Assembly (NCBI GenBank): GCA_040900375.1
Contig: JBBDZC010000021.1
Location: 5,258-69,257, forward strand
From: Candidatus Anderseniibacteriota bacterium
GTDB taxonomy: Bacteria > Patescibacteriota > Andersenbacteria > UBA10190
DNA: 64,000 bases
Direction: 5' to 3'
The notes under the pieces are model-generated. The model worked only from the letters and a program-made list of their open reading frames with translations. It did no database searches and was not told the DNA's origin. The position numbers and the translations under genes were made by a program. Shown here in pieces: positions 1 through 9,894 of this stretch; position 1 is the first letter of the stretch, and each line of letters opens with the position of its first letter.

Positions 1-542
1 CGGGCACGGCGTACCGGCCGGGTGATATTCTCCGGGCGAAGAATGGTAAGACAATTGAAGTTCTTAATACGGATGCGGAAGGACGGATTACGCTGGCTGA
101 TGCGTTGAGCTATGCGGTGGAGCATCAGCCGAACGCGATTATTGATGTAGCGACCCTGACTGGTGCCTGCATGGTGGCGCTGGGCGAGACGATTGCGGGT
201 TTGTGGAGCAACGATGAGGCTCTCCAGACGGAATTGTTGCAAGCGGCACAAGCTTCTGGGGAAGGACTGTGTGCCTTGCCGCTGCCTGCCGAGTACAAAT
301 CACTGATCAAGAGCCAAGTTGCTGATTTACGCAATCTCTCAGCGTCGCGGTATGGGGGAGCGATCACGGCTGCAATGTTCTTACGCGAGTTTGTAGGAGA
401 GACACCATGGGCTCATCTTGATATCGCTGGGCCCTCGTATATTGACCGGCCATGTATATCATATTATCCGGGCGGCGCCACGGGCTACGGCGTGCGGCTG
501 CTGGCCGAGTACGTCCAGAATTTAACGATTGCCACTACTTAA
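1..542 (+). CDS. pepA: Leucyl aminopeptidase (M17 family), C-terminal part; 5' end lies outside the window
   Basis: Frame 3 translation from window start contains NTDAEGRITLADALSYA (M17 signature NTDAEGRL) and the conserved C-terminal region; stop at 540-542. Confidence 0.85.
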   Translation, partial: GTAYRPGDILRAKNGKTIEVLNTDAEGRITLADALSYAVEHQPNAIIDVATLTGACMVALGETIAGLWSNDEALQTELLQAAQASGEGLCALPLPAEYKSLIKSQVADLRNLSASRYGGAITAAMFLREFVGETPWAHLDIAGPSYIDRPCISYYPGGATGYGVRLLAEYVQNLTIATT

Positions 543-805
543 AGTAAGTTTGATTCGGCAACAAGGGGGGGCGGGAAGATTTGTTTATCAGCGTCGTCGT
601 AAATATAAATGGCGAGGGTGGGACAAGAACGGGCAGCTTCAAGGATAGTGTCCTGGTCGGCGCCTTGGGGATTTGTCACGACGGCTTTGTTTTCGTCGTC
701 GAGGGCAAAAACATCAGGGGCGATAGCTGTACATGTAGCGGCACCAATGCAGATATCTCGTTTTACTTCAATACGCATACTCCGTATATCAACTGCCACC
801 GCCAA
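539..805 (-). CDS. Small single-cluster ferredoxin (likely true start at second ATG ~778)
   Basis: MRIEVKRDICIGAATC...SCPTLAI: Cys ligand pattern and length typical of 3Fe/4Fe-4S ferredoxins. Confidence 0.65.
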   Translation of the reverse strand: MAVAVDIRSMRIEVKRDICIGAATCTAIAPDVFALDDENKAVVTNPQGADQDTILEAARSCPTLAIYIYDDADKQIFPPPLVAESNLL

Positions 806-892
806 ACACCGCTCGTTGAGCGAAAAGCAGTGGGCTTAAGTATAAGAACACTGTCGTCATGGTTATGGCTTCTCGCCTGGTGTTTGGCGGTG
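797..892. repeat. Perfect 14-bp inverted repeat CACCGCCAAACACC / GGTGTTTGGCGGTG separated by about 68 nt
   Basis: Read directly in the 5' region of the minus-strand ferredoxin gene. Confidence 0.5.
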
Positions 893-1009
893 CCGTTCGT
901 GATGAGTGCACGACGAGTCGGGAGGTCAGTGCCAGACAGAATAGTGAGGAAGTTATATTGCGGGGCATAGAGTGTCTTTTGTCAGTTATTTTAACCTATT
1001 ACACTACTT

Positions 1010-1717
1010 TTAAGTAAATTGCTCGGTGTGTAAATGGGCTTCAGGTAGACCGTGTTCACGGAGCATCGCTAGAGTATCTTTGACCATGGCGGGAGTACCA
1101 CAGATATATGCGGCGTGCTCGCTTAGATTTTTGACGCGCCGGGGAGTGACAGCGGTGACTAGTCCTCGCTCGCCTGCCCAGACATCGCTGGGCTCGGAAC
1201 AGACAGGAATGAAGGTGAAGTGAGGGTGAATGTGAGCCAACTCGGTGAACTCGTCATCAAAGAAAAAGTAGTGTTCATCTTGGTTACCAAAGAGGAGCGT
1301 CATGGGCAGCGCTGGGTCGCGCGCGAGTTCAGCTAAAATTTGGGCACGAATGGGGCCAATACCAGAACCGGTGGCAATAAAAAGTAGCGGCCGCTTGGAC
1401 TCATGTTCGACCAAGAAGCGCCCGTAGGGTGACATGAACGTAACAGGGTCACCGGGTGCGAGATTTTGGACAAATTGTGAGGCGACGCCTCCCGGAGAGA
1501 TATCAACGACAAATTCTAAATAAGGATATTGCGGGGGTGTGGCATAGGACAGGGGGCGGCGCTGCTCATTGATGAGAAAACTTGCGTACTGGCCGGGCAG
1601 GTAGGAAACAGGTTTATCACTAATGATTTGTATCACTATTATTTTCGGCGTCAGCTGGTGGTGAGCGGTTAGACGACCTTGTTCAAGACGAGGGATGGCG
1701 ATGGGCTGTTGGAGCAT
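1010..1717 (-). CDS. Ferredoxin-NADP reductase-like FAD/NAD(P)-binding oxidoreductase (start taken at internal MLQQP)
   Basis: RPLSYATPP (RxYS FAD motif), LLFIATGSGIGPIRAQI (NAD-binding GxGxxP); N-terminal 40 aa of the longer ORF are low complexity and overlap the upstream gene. Confidence 0.65.
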   Translation of the reverse strand: MLQQPIAIPRLEQGRLTAHHQLTPKIIVIQIISDKPVSYLPGQYASFLINEQRRPLSYATPPQYPYLEFVVDISPGGVASQFVQNLAPGDPVTFMSPYGRFLVEHESKRPLLFIATGSGIGPIRAQILAELARDPALPMTLLFGNQDEHYFFFDDEFTELAHIHPHFTFIPVCSEPSDVWAGERGLVTAVTPRRVKNLSEHAAYICGTPAMVKDTLAMLREHGLPEAHLHTEQFT

Positions 1718-1736
1718 AGGTCTTTTTAAGGAAGGA

Positions 1737-2237
1737 TTACTTAGTGTTATCGAGTAAACCGGGCTCCCAGCTGGGGTAGGGCCCAGTGTGGTCGGTGCCG
1801 GCGCGGTCGTAGAAAAACGTGAGGACTTGGTGTCCATCAGGGGTCATCAGCTCATAGGTAACACGGGTCTGATGGGTAGGATTATCAGCCGGAGCGACAC
1901 TAATGTTGCCCAAACGCTCGGTTTTCGTGGCATAGTAGGCGCGCAAAGGAGCGAGTAGTTTTTTTTCAAACTCCGGTGTCTGGGAGACGAGGCTGGGGTG
2001 GACCGTTAGTTGCGGCTGGAGAATATCATTTGGGGGGAGTGACGGAGTGAGAACGGGGAGAGGATCAGCCTGACCATGACGCAGCCACGTATTCATGGTT
2101 GCCCAGGAACCACCGCTATCATGCCACAGCAGCCAGCCCACCCCTGCGCATGCGCCCACGGCCACTATAAAAATCAGAGTAGCGACCGAGACAAGGACGC
2201 TACCAGTCTGGGTGGAGGCGGAAGAGGGGGCCGGCAT
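1737..2237 (-). CDS. Hypothetical membrane-anchored protein (N-terminal TM), in the znuCB operon
   Basis: ORF with hydrophobic N-terminus VLVSVATLIFIVAVGACAG; no recognisable domain. Confidence 0.4.
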   Translation of the reverse strand: MPAPSSASTQTGSVLVSVATLIFIVAVGACAGVGWLLWHDSGGSWATMNTWLRHGQADPLPVLTPSLPPNDILQPQLTVHPSLVSQTPEFEKKLLAPLRAYYATKTERLGNISVAPADNPTHQTRVTYELMTPDGHQVLTFFYDRAGTDHTGPYPSWEPGLLDNTK

Positions 2238-2241
2238 AGAT

Positions 2242-3051
2242 TTACGAGCGAGCCGTCAAGGGTTTCAAGGCAAAGGAGAACAGAAAAAGACAGGCGGCGG
2301 TCAACACAATGGTGGGGCCTGAAGGAACATTGAGGAAGGCGCTAGCCACCATCCCGAGTACGGTAGCGACAACACTTAACATGATACTAATGACAAACAT
2401 GGAGGAGAGCGACCAGGCAGTATTTTGGGCGCTCGCGGCGGGAATAACGAGCATAGCAGTCACGAGCACGATCCCAACTAATTTGATCGAGACGGCCACC
2501 ACGGCAGCCAACAGTGTCAATAAGAGTAGTTCGTACCAAAAGACCGGTATGCCTTCAGCGTGAGCCAAGGATTCGTCTACAGCAATAGTAATAAGCGCTT
2601 TGCCTGCCAGCGCTACTAAAGCGATGACGGCCACCGCCAAAACACTGCTCATAATAACGTCGAATCGGCTCACGGTTAAAATATCACCGAAGAGAAAACT
2701 GATTAGGTCAGCTTGATAGCCTTGGGTCTGTTGAATCAAAATTACACCAAGGGCGACGGCAGCGGGGAAAGAAACACCGAGCAAAGTATCGACTGGCAAT
2801 TTAGAAAAGCGGCGAGCCGTGGCAATGCCAGCGGCCACGAGTACCGCAAAGACAATGGCGGCAATAAAGGGATTAAGATTAAGGAGTAGACCGAGTGCCA
2901 GGCCGGTGAGGGCCGAGTGGCTCAAGGCATCAGCAAAAAAAGAGAGGCGACGTAAGACCACGAGCACGCCCAAGATTGCCATTAAAATGCCCAGTAGTAA
3001 GCCCACGAGGAGGGCTCGTTGAAAAAACGGAATGGTTAAAAGCTCAAGCAT
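2242..3051 (-). CDS. znuB: Metal (Zn/Mn) ABC transporter permease, ABC-3 family
   Basis: Polytopic membrane protein with ABC-3 permease signature; immediately downstream of the ATPase gene. Confidence 0.85.
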   Translation of the reverse strand: MLELLTIPFFQRALLVGLLLGILMAILGVLVVLRRLSFFADALSHSALTGLALGLLLNLNPFIAAIVFAVLVAAGIATARRFSKLPVDTLLGVSFPAAVALGVILIQQTQGYQADLISFLFGDILTVSRFDVIMSSVLAVAVIALVALAGKALITIAVDESLAHAEGIPVFWYELLLLTLLAAVVAVSIKLVGIVLVTAMLVIPAASAQNTAWSLSSMFVISIMLSVVATVLGMVASAFLNVPSGPTIVLTAACLFLFSFALKPLTARS

Positions 3052-3063
3052 AGAGAGGCGGAG

Positions 3064-3825
3064 TTAGTGCCTGTGCGTGAAGTGCCTGATAGGCGCACCA
3101 TACATTTGTTGCAGCATTTCATTAGAGAGGACTTCACGGGGTGTACCCGTGCACAGTAATTTACGATTGAGACAGAGTACTTGAGTGGCATACTGCATGA
3201 CAATTTCTAATTCGTGGCTGACGAGAAGCAGGGTTAATTTTTTTTCTTGTTGGATACGTTGTAATAATGTGTAGATTGTTTCCTGACCCTGAACATCAAT
3301 GCCGGCCGAAGGTTCATCCAGAATCAACAGACGAGGTTGGTCCATGAGGCTAAAACCGAGGAGTACGCGCTGCATCTGTCCTCCCGACAGCGTACTGATT
3401 TTATGATCAATGTGATTGGTCATGCCGACCAGGTTCAAGAGCTGCTCCATTCGTTGTTCGTCGATGGCTGACATGCCGAGGATACCCCTGGCCTTGAGGG
3501 CAAACAAACCTCGGACGGTTAGGGGGAATGAGTGATCAAACATTAATTTTTGGGGAATGTATGAGATCAACGGGGCAATCCGGCGGTATTGTTCGTGCGG
3601 TATGCCAAAAATATTAACCCGGCCCCTGGTTTTAGGAATGAGCCGCAGTATAGCCTTTAAAAGAATGGATTTACCCGCGCCATTGGGGCCAATAATTGCC
3701 GTGGTTTGGCCGGTAGGTACAGTAAAGGTTAGTCCTTCGAGAATAGGATGGCCAGCAAGGGTAACCGCTAGATCTTGCGCCTCAATGGCAATTTCAGGCA
3801 GGGGAGTAGGCAGTCGAGAAGACAT
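3064..3825 (-). CDS. znuC: Metal ABC transporter ATP-binding protein
   Basis: Walker A GPNGAGKS, ABC signature LSGGQMQR, Walker B LLILDEP. Confidence 0.85.
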   Translation of the reverse strand: MSSRLPTPLPEIAIEAQDLAVTLAGHPILEGLTFTVPTGQTTAIIGPNGAGKSILLKAILRLIPKTRGRVNIFGIPHEQYRRIAPLISYIPQKLMFDHSFPLTVRGLFALKARGILGMSAIDEQRMEQLLNLVGMTNHIDHKISTLSGGQMQRVLLGFSLMDQPRLLILDEPSAGIDVQGQETIYTLLQRIQQEKKLTLLLVSHELEIVMQYATQVLCLNRKLLCTGTPREVLSNEMLQQMYGAPIRHFTHRH

Positions 3826-3924
3826 AGTTCAACTATACCCTGCTAGTCTGTCCTTGTGCTACCTCGAAAAGATAACTTGTCGTGCTATAGTGAAAGTCTT
3901 ACTAGGGCGAAGCTTTGAATTAGT

Positions 3925-5220
3925 ATGTATCCTCATTTCGGGAAGGGCACAGTGAAATCTGCCAGCCGGCGGCAACGTGTGTTAGTGATCGGCGGCGGTT
4001 ATGCGGGTGTGCGGGTGGCGCGTGACTTAGCGCGGGCCCGACGGCGCGGGGTGCCACTGGAGATAGTCTTAGTCAGCAATGATGGGTTTCATCTCGAAAC
4101 TCCCGCCTTATATGAAGTCGCCACTGCTTATTTGGATCGGGAATCAACTTTGTCGAGTGAGCAGGTGCAAGCGACTGTCTGCGTTGATCTGGCAGAGATC
4201 TTTGCAGAGTTACCAGTAACAATTCAGCGGAAGACAGTGAGTGGTATTGAGACAACCAGTCGCCTGGTGACTTGTCGCGATGCCACCGCGCTTAGTTATG
4301 ACTTGTTAGTGGTTGCCCTAGGAGCTCATGTTGCTACCTATGGCGTGCCGGGAGTCCAAGAGTTTGCCTTTGGGGTGAAGACTCTCCATGAAGCCCTCGA
4401 ATTGCGGCACCATATTGTCCGCCATTTTCTCATGGCAAAAAAACTACCGCCGGAAAAAACTGGTGGCTTGCTTTCCTTTGTCGTCGTGGGTGCCGGCGCC
4501 GCCGGGGTAGAAACGGCAGCGGAACTAGCGGGGCAGGTGTACAAGCTTTGTACTAAATATGGGGTTGCGCTGTCTTGTCCCCGGGTGTCACTTGTCGAAG
4601 CGGGCGAGGATATTTTGCCGGGAGTGGCAGAACCGGTGCGCAAGTTTGCGCGCACGCGCTTACAAAAATTAGGGGTGGAAATTATGACTCATCAGAGAGT
4701 CACAGCGGTCGGCAGTGACCATGTGGTCTTGACTGACGAACGCCGCCTGCCCACGAATGCAGTAATCTGGACGGGCGGACTTGTTATTAATCCAATACTC
4801 TCGGCCGCGGGCTTGCCTGTGCAGCGGTGGGGCGTAGCTTGTGAGAGTTCGTTGCAAGTCGTGGGGCATCCTGATATTTATGCCGCCGGGGATTGTGCGA
4901 TTCCGGTCTCAATACCAGAAAAAATTCCCGCCACGGTGCCGGTTGCCTATACCCAAGCTAAACTCGTGGCGAGTAATATCGTCCGTCAACTACAGGGCAA
5001 GCCCCTGGTATCATATCGCTTCCACAGCCTGGGTGCTCTTATTGCCTTGGGTGGTAAGAGAGCGGTAGCAACTTTACCTGGCAACCGGGGACTGGTTGGC
5101 CGGTGGCCCTGGATAATCAAGCAATTTGTTATGCTCCGCTATTGGCTTGGCTACCTCGCCTGGCATAGGGCCCTGCGCTTTTGGTGGCACCGCGTGGTCG
5201 CCCAAAGTTATAATGACTAG
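3925..5220 (+). CDS. ndh: Type II NADH dehydrogenase (NDH-2) / FAD-dependent pyridine nucleotide-disulfide oxidoreductase
   Basis: Two Rossmann GxGxxG motifs (VIGGGYAG, VVGAGAAGVETAAEL) in NDH-2 arrangement. Confidence 0.8.
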   Translation: MYPHFGKGTVKSASRRQRVLVIGGGYAGVRVARDLARARRRGVPLEIVLVSNDGFHLETPALYEVATAYLDRESTLSSEQVQATVCVDLAEIFAELPVTIQRKTVSGIETTSRLVTCRDATALSYDLLVVALGAHVATYGVPGVQEFAFGVKTLHEALELRHHIVRHFLMAKKLPPEKTGGLLSFVVVGAGAAGVETAAELAGQVYKLCTKYGVALSCPRVSLVEAGEDILPGVAEPVRKFARTRLQKLGVEIMTHQRVTAVGSDHVVLTDERRLPTNAVIWTGGLVINPILSAAGLPVQRWGVACESSLQVVGHPDIYAAGDCAIPVSIPEKIPATVPVAYTQAKLVASNIVRQLQGKPLVSYRFHSLGALIALGGKRAVATLPGNRGLVGRWPWIIKQFVMLRYWLGYLAWHRALRFWWHRVVAQSYND

Positions 5221-5274
5221 TTGGATTATTACCCCCCGTGAGTACTCTCCTGCCGGCAGGGGAGGCGATGGGTT

Positions 5275-7065
5275 GTGTCACTACCCGATCAGGGGAGAGA
5301 TTACTACGGATTTTTACTACCTGGTATACTAAGAGCGATGCCTGACGCTGTTGATGAATCAACTTTGCGAAGTTTAGTTGAGCAAAAGCTGCTCACTGTG
5401 ACCCAAGCGGACGAGATTTTAAAAAAACTAGGAGAAGGGGGAGCCGACCTACACAGTTTGGTGGTTGATAGTGGCTTGATTAAAGATCATGACTTTACGC
5501 AGGTGCAAGCGGCCGTTCTCGGCATGACCTACATTGATTTACGAGCGGTCACCATTCCCCGAGAGCTGCTCAATATTATTCCTGAATCAACGGCGCGGGA
5601 GCACTTGATCGTAGCGTATGAGCAAACGGACAGTGAGTTGAAGCTGGCCATGGTCAATCCCAGTGATCGACAGATTGTCGAGTTTATCCGCAAAAAGGTG
5701 GATATGCCGATTGCGGTTGCCTTGGCGAGCCGCCAGGGGATTATGGCGGCCCTGCAGCAATACCAACAGACCCTGACACTTGAGCTGGAGAATGTGCTCG
5801 CCACGAGTAAGAGCGTGATGACGGAAGCCGATCTCAATAAAGCGGCGGAAGATTTACCGGTCGTGCGCATTACGGACCTCATTTTAAAACATGCTATTTT
5901 ACAGGGCTCATCTGACATCCATATTGAACCGACGGAACAGAACGTGATTGTCCGCTACCGCATTGATGGCATTTTGCATGATGCATTAACGCTTCCCCGG
6001 TATGTGCTCGCGGGTCTGGTGGCGCGGATTAAAGTCTTGAGCCGGTTGAAGATTGATGAGCATCGGCTGCCGCAAGACGGTCGCTTCAAGATTGAAAGTG
6101 AGGATTATAAGATTGCTTTTAGAGTTTCGATCTTACCTGTCTTTGATGGTGAGAAAGTAGTCATGCGTCTCCTGGATGAGTCGGGGCATGGCTTGGGGCT
6201 CGATAGCATTGGCTTGCGCCCGTCAGTCCTAGAAGTGTTTCGCCGTAACATTAACAAACCAAATGGGCTCATTTTAGTCACTGGCCCGACCGGCTCGGGA
6301 AAAACGACCACGCTCTATGCGGCGATGAAAGAGCTAAATCAGGCGGACGTAAACATTAGTACGGTGGAAGATCCAATTGAGTACCGTATGCCGCGCATTA
6401 ATCAGACACAAGTCAATCCTAAGATCGGCCTCACTTTCTCGAACGGCTTACGTTCACTGGTGCGTCAAGATCCCGACATTCTGATGGTCGGTGAAATTCG
6501 CGATGAAGAGACCGCCTCGCTAGCAGTCAATGCGGCGCTCACCGGTCACTTAGTGCTTTCCACGTTGCACACCAATAGTGCGGCCGGGGCCTTGCCGCGC
6601 CTGCTTGATATGAAGGTCGAAGCTTTTCTGGTCGCCTCGACGGTCAATCTCTTGATAGCGCAGCGTCTCGTGCGGCGGTTATGCCAAGAGTGTCGGCGCG
6701 AGCAGAAATTAACGAAGGATGTGGTGACGGAGTTAGCCAAGTCATTTAGTATAGAGACACTGGTGGCGACCTTGGTGCGGGAAGGGGTAGTGGCCGACAA
6801 GCAAGCTCTCGAAGACTTAGTGGTTTATGAAGCGGTTGGTTGTAAGCTGTGCCAGGACGGTTACAAAGGCCGCAGCGGGATCTATGAGTTGTTGGAAATG
6901 ACTGACTCGATTCGCAAGATTATTACTTCCAAGACGACAACGGCCGAACTGGAGGACGCCGCGCGAGCGGAGCAAGGCATGGTCACCATGATTGAAGATG
7001 GTTTTATTAAGGTGGTTGAGGGACAAACGACTATTGAAGAAGTGATGCGTGTTTCCATGGAGTAA
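5275..7065 (+). CDS. pilB: Type IV pilus assembly ATPase PilB (GspE family)
   Basis: N-terminal GSPII_E_N-like region, Walker A GPTGSGKTTT, tetracysteine motif CQECRRE...CKLCQDGY; GTG start with GGAGG 9 nt upstream. Confidence 0.9.
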   Translation: MSLPDQGRDYYGFLLPGILRAMPDAVDESTLRSLVEQKLLTVTQADEILKKLGEGGADLHSLVVDSGLIKDHDFTQVQAAVLGMTYIDLRAVTIPRELLNIIPESTAREHLIVAYEQTDSELKLAMVNPSDRQIVEFIRKKVDMPIAVALASRQGIMAALQQYQQTLTLELENVLATSKSVMTEADLNKAAEDLPVVRITDLILKHAILQGSSDIHIEPTEQNVIVRYRIDGILHDALTLPRYVLAGLVARIKVLSRLKIDEHRLPQDGRFKIESEDYKIAFRVSILPVFDGEKVVMRLLDESGHGLGLDSIGLRPSVLEVFRRNINKPNGLILVTGPTGSGKTTTLYAAMKELNQADVNISTVEDPIEYRMPRINQTQVNPKIGLTFSNGLRSLVRQDPDILMVGEIRDEETASLAVNAALTGHLVLSTLHTNSAAGALPRLLDMKVEAFLVASTVNLLIAQRLVRRLCQECRREQKLTKDVVTELAKSFSIETLVATLVREGVVADKQALEDLVVYEAVGCKLCQDGYKGRSGIYELLEMTDSIRKIITSKTTTAELEDAARAEQGMVTMIEDGFIKVVEGQTTIEEVMRVSME

Positions 7066-7297
7066 TTGCCGGGGCGATTGAGGGATTGTCAGTTCGGTTA
7101 TCGTTGCTCAAGAAAGTCTGTTAAACTAAGCACATTGATTAGTCTTTGAGCTTATTGTATGCCCCGTAGAATCACCTCGATCACCCTCTCGTCTTAAAAT
7201 ATATGGATACAATACCTACCAACCTTATTTGTCAGTCACCGCTTCCTCTCACCGCTGTCCGGCCTACGCCGGACATATCGAGGTAGCTCTACGGGGT

Positions 7298-8515
7298 ATG
7301 CCGATTTATACCTTCCAGGGTCGTAAGGAAACCACCGGTGAGATAGTCTCGGGTATGCGCGAAGCAACTTCGCATGCTGTTCTGGGGCAGGATTTATTAA
7401 CTGAAGGAATTCTCTTAACGCGCTACCAGGAGCAAAAACAGCGACTACCAGGAGCCAGTATTCTCTCGAGTTTTTTCTCACGGGTGCCCATTCTCGAGCG
7501 CGTGCTCTTTGCCCGGTATTTTTCTTTAATGCTTAGAGCGGGTCTCGATGTTAAACAAGCGCTGATGGCCTTAGGGCAGCAGACACGCAGTCGGCCAATG
7601 CGTACGGCTGTGGAATCAATTGTTCAGGGAGTAGATCGCGGCAGTACATTGGCTGATAGCATGGCGGTTTTCCCCCTGGCTTTTCCGGCAATCTTTGTCA
7701 GTTTTGTGCGGGTAGGGGAAACAACCGGCCGTCTTCAGGAAGCTTTGCAAGTCTTGGCGCAACAGTTGCAGAAAGAATATGAGCTGCGACGGGCAGTGCG
7801 GGGAGGATTGATGTATCCGGCCGTGATTCTGACGGCATTGATTGCTGTCGGTTTTGCGATGTTGGTATTCGTTGTGCCCAAACTTGCCGAAGTTTTTGAG
7901 GGCTTCAAGGTAGAGTTACCCCTGCCCACGCGTATTTTAATTGGTCTCGGTGATTTTTTTTCGAGTTATTGGTACCTCGTCATCGCGGGAAGCATCCTGA
8001 GTATTTTTGGCTTGACGTTGCTGCTACGAATTCCTTCTTTTAAAGGCAGCATCCTGCACGCCTTTTTATTTATGCCAATTATCGGACAGATTATGCAGCA
8101 GGTGAATCTGGCGCGCTTTACTCGTAACTTAAGCTCGCTGCTTAAGAGCGGTGTTTCCTTTGTGGAGGCACTCGAAATTTTGGGTGTCAATACCCCTCAT
8201 CCCAGCTATGCTCGGGTCTTTGCGGGAGCGAAGGAACACGTCAAACAAGGTAAATTATTGAGTGACTTTTTGGTTGATTTTAAGCGACTCTTTCCCCCGT
8301 TGGTGGTCAACGTTATTAAAGTGGGCGAAGAAACAGGAGCCCTCGACGAAGTGTTGCAGGAAATTGCACTTTTCTACGAAGGAGAAGTTGATCAGACAAT
8401 GAAGAATTTAACCTCAATTATGGAGCCTGTTTTAATGGTAATTATTGGCTTGGCGGTCGGGGCCTTGGCAATCTCGGTCATCTCGCCCATCTACAATTTA
8501 GTGAACGTTATCTAA
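7298..8515 (+). CDS. pilC: Type IV pilus inner-membrane platform protein PilC (GspF family)
   Basis: Two T2SSF-like repeats and 3 TM segments; start chosen at ATG 7298 (MPIYTFQG...), longer ORF begins with TTG at 7229. Confidence 0.85.
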   Translation: MPIYTFQGRKETTGEIVSGMREATSHAVLGQDLLTEGILLTRYQEQKQRLPGASILSSFFSRVPILERVLFARYFSLMLRAGLDVKQALMALGQQTRSRPMRTAVESIVQGVDRGSTLADSMAVFPLAFPAIFVSFVRVGETTGRLQEALQVLAQQLQKEYELRRAVRGGLMYPAVILTALIAVGFAMLVFVVPKLAEVFEGFKVELPLPTRILIGLGDFFSSYWYLVIAGSILSIFGLTLLLRIPSFKGSILHAFLFMPIIGQIMQQVNLARFTRNLSSLLKSGVSFVEALEILGVNTPHPSYARVFAGAKEHVKQGKLLSDFLVDFKRLFPPLVVNVIKVGEETGALDEVLQEIALFYEGEVDQTMKNLTSIMEPVLMVIIGLAVGALAISVISPIYNLVNVI

Positions 8516-8565
8516 AGTCTGTTAGTTAGTATTTTGCCTCAAGTTTTATGACCGGGAGATGGGTA

Positions 8566-9894
8566 GTGACTAAACGCGCAGCGCATAGGGGCTTTACGAT
8601 CATCGAATTACTCATTGCGACATTTATTATCGGGACGGTCGTGACCGGCCTCTTCGGGCTTTTTGTTTTAAATTTACGCGCGGCGCAAGAAGGCGAGCGG
8701 CGCCTGGTGGCGATTGCGTTGGCAAATGAGCGGGCAGAAATGATTCGCAATTTACCCTACAGCAATGTGGGAACGAGTGGCGGGATCCCGGCCGGCAGTA
8801 TTTTGCAGGAGGAAGTTATTGCCAGGCCCACTTCGACCTACACCGTGCGGACTGATGTTCGCTATGTCGATGACTCTTTTGATGGGACGGCTGGCGGCGC
8901 GCCAAACGATACTGTCAATACTGACTACAAGCAGGCTCGCATTGAAGTGGCGTGGCAGAGTCCCTCGTCGCCTGCTCCTATCCTCTTGGTCATGGTGGTA
9001 GCGCCCCCGGGCGTGGAAGGAGGAGAAGCAGCAGGGACATTGAGCTTCCAAGCCTTAAACGCCGCTGCTGCTGGGATACCCGATGCGAGCTTGCGGATTG
9101 TGAACATGGCAACTAATCCGACGATCGATGTTACGACGAACACGGATAACAACGGTCGCATTCTCTTGCCTGGGCTGCCCGAAAGTGCGGGCAGCTATGA
9201 GCTAACTCTGACTAAGGCAGGCTACACTAGTGAGCAAACATATACTGAAACGGCAACCTTTATTCCTGATACCGACCATGCCCATCTCTCGATGCTCCAA
9301 GGACAGGTGACTCCTAAGACATTTAGTATTGACCTGGTAAGCGAGATGGCGATTGCCACCCAAGACGAAGAGCTGCAGCCGCTGGGTAACATTGCCTACA
9401 GCTTACGTGGGACTAAGACGATTGGTGTTGATGAGACGGAGACACCGGTCTATCGTCTCAATGTCCAAGAGCAAACGAACGCTAGTGGCACAGCGACTCA
9501 CCCTGATATTATCTGGGATAGCTATGATTTTTCTATTGATGGGTTAGCCACCGGCTATGATATCAAAGAGACCAGTATGCTGTTGCCGGCCAAGGTGAAC
9601 CCAGGAGAGCAGGCTGATCTTACCGTGACGCTTGTGCCCCATACACCGATTTCTCTCCATGTGACCGTGGCTACACCCGAGGGGTTGCCCATTGATAACG
9701 CAACCGTCCAGCTGACCCAAGTTGGTTACGACACCACATTAGGGACTGGGGCCTTGGGCCAAGTCCTCTTTACTGACTTGCCCTTTAACGCTGATTATAC
9801 GCTCTCTATTACCGCTCCCGGCTGGCAAGTTTTTAATGAGGTGATAACTGTGACTAATACGACGCGGACACGGGCTGAACTGACTAGCGCATGA
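8566..9894 (+). CDS. Large prepilin-like protein (type IV pilin N-terminus + carboxypeptidase-regulatory-like beta-sandwich domains)
   Basis: Leader M(V)TKRAAHRG|FTIIELLIA with G-1, F+1, E+5 and hydrophobic helix; later NMATNPTIDVTTNTDNNGRILLPGLP...YELTLTKAGY resembles CarboxypepD_reg fold; GTG start at 8566 preferred over ORF-track start 8548. Confidence 0.7.
   Translation: MTKRAAHRGFTIIELLIATFIIGTVVTGLFGLFVLNLRAAQEGERRLVAIALANERAEMIRNLPYSNVGTSGGIPAGSILQEEVIARPTSTYTVRTDVRYVDDSFDGTAGGAPNDTVNTDYKQARIEVAWQSPSSPAPILLVMVVAPPGVEGGEAAGTLSFQALNAAAAGIPDASLRIVNMATNPTIDVTTNTDNNGRILLPGLPESAGSYELTLTKAGYTSEQTYTETATFIPDTDHAHLSMLQGQVTPKTFSIDLVSEMAIATQDEELQPLGNIAYSLRGTKTIGVDETETPVYRLNVQEQTNASGTATHPDIIWDSYDFSIDGLATGYDIKETSMLLPAKVNPGEQADLTVTLVPHTPISLHVTVATPEGLPIDNATVQLTQVGYDTTLGTGALGQVLFTDLPFNADYTLSITAPGWQVFNEVITVTNTTRTRAELTSA

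Noticed and set aside
581-970. Plus-strand ORFs 581-970 and 609-839
   Set aside because: They are antisense to the ferredoxin gene, with no motifs and odd composition.
2076-3022. Plus-strand ORFs opposite znuB
   Set aside because: They are antisense shadows of a membrane protein gene, rich in Arg/Gly/Thr.
5529-6800. Minus-strand ORFs inside pilB
   Set aside because: They are embedded antisense in a strongly conserved ATPase gene.
8526-9161. Minus-strand ORFs 8526-8750, 8752-9051 and 8925-9161
   Set aside because: They are antisense to the prepilin gene and have Arg/Ser-rich, GC-frame-artefact composition.
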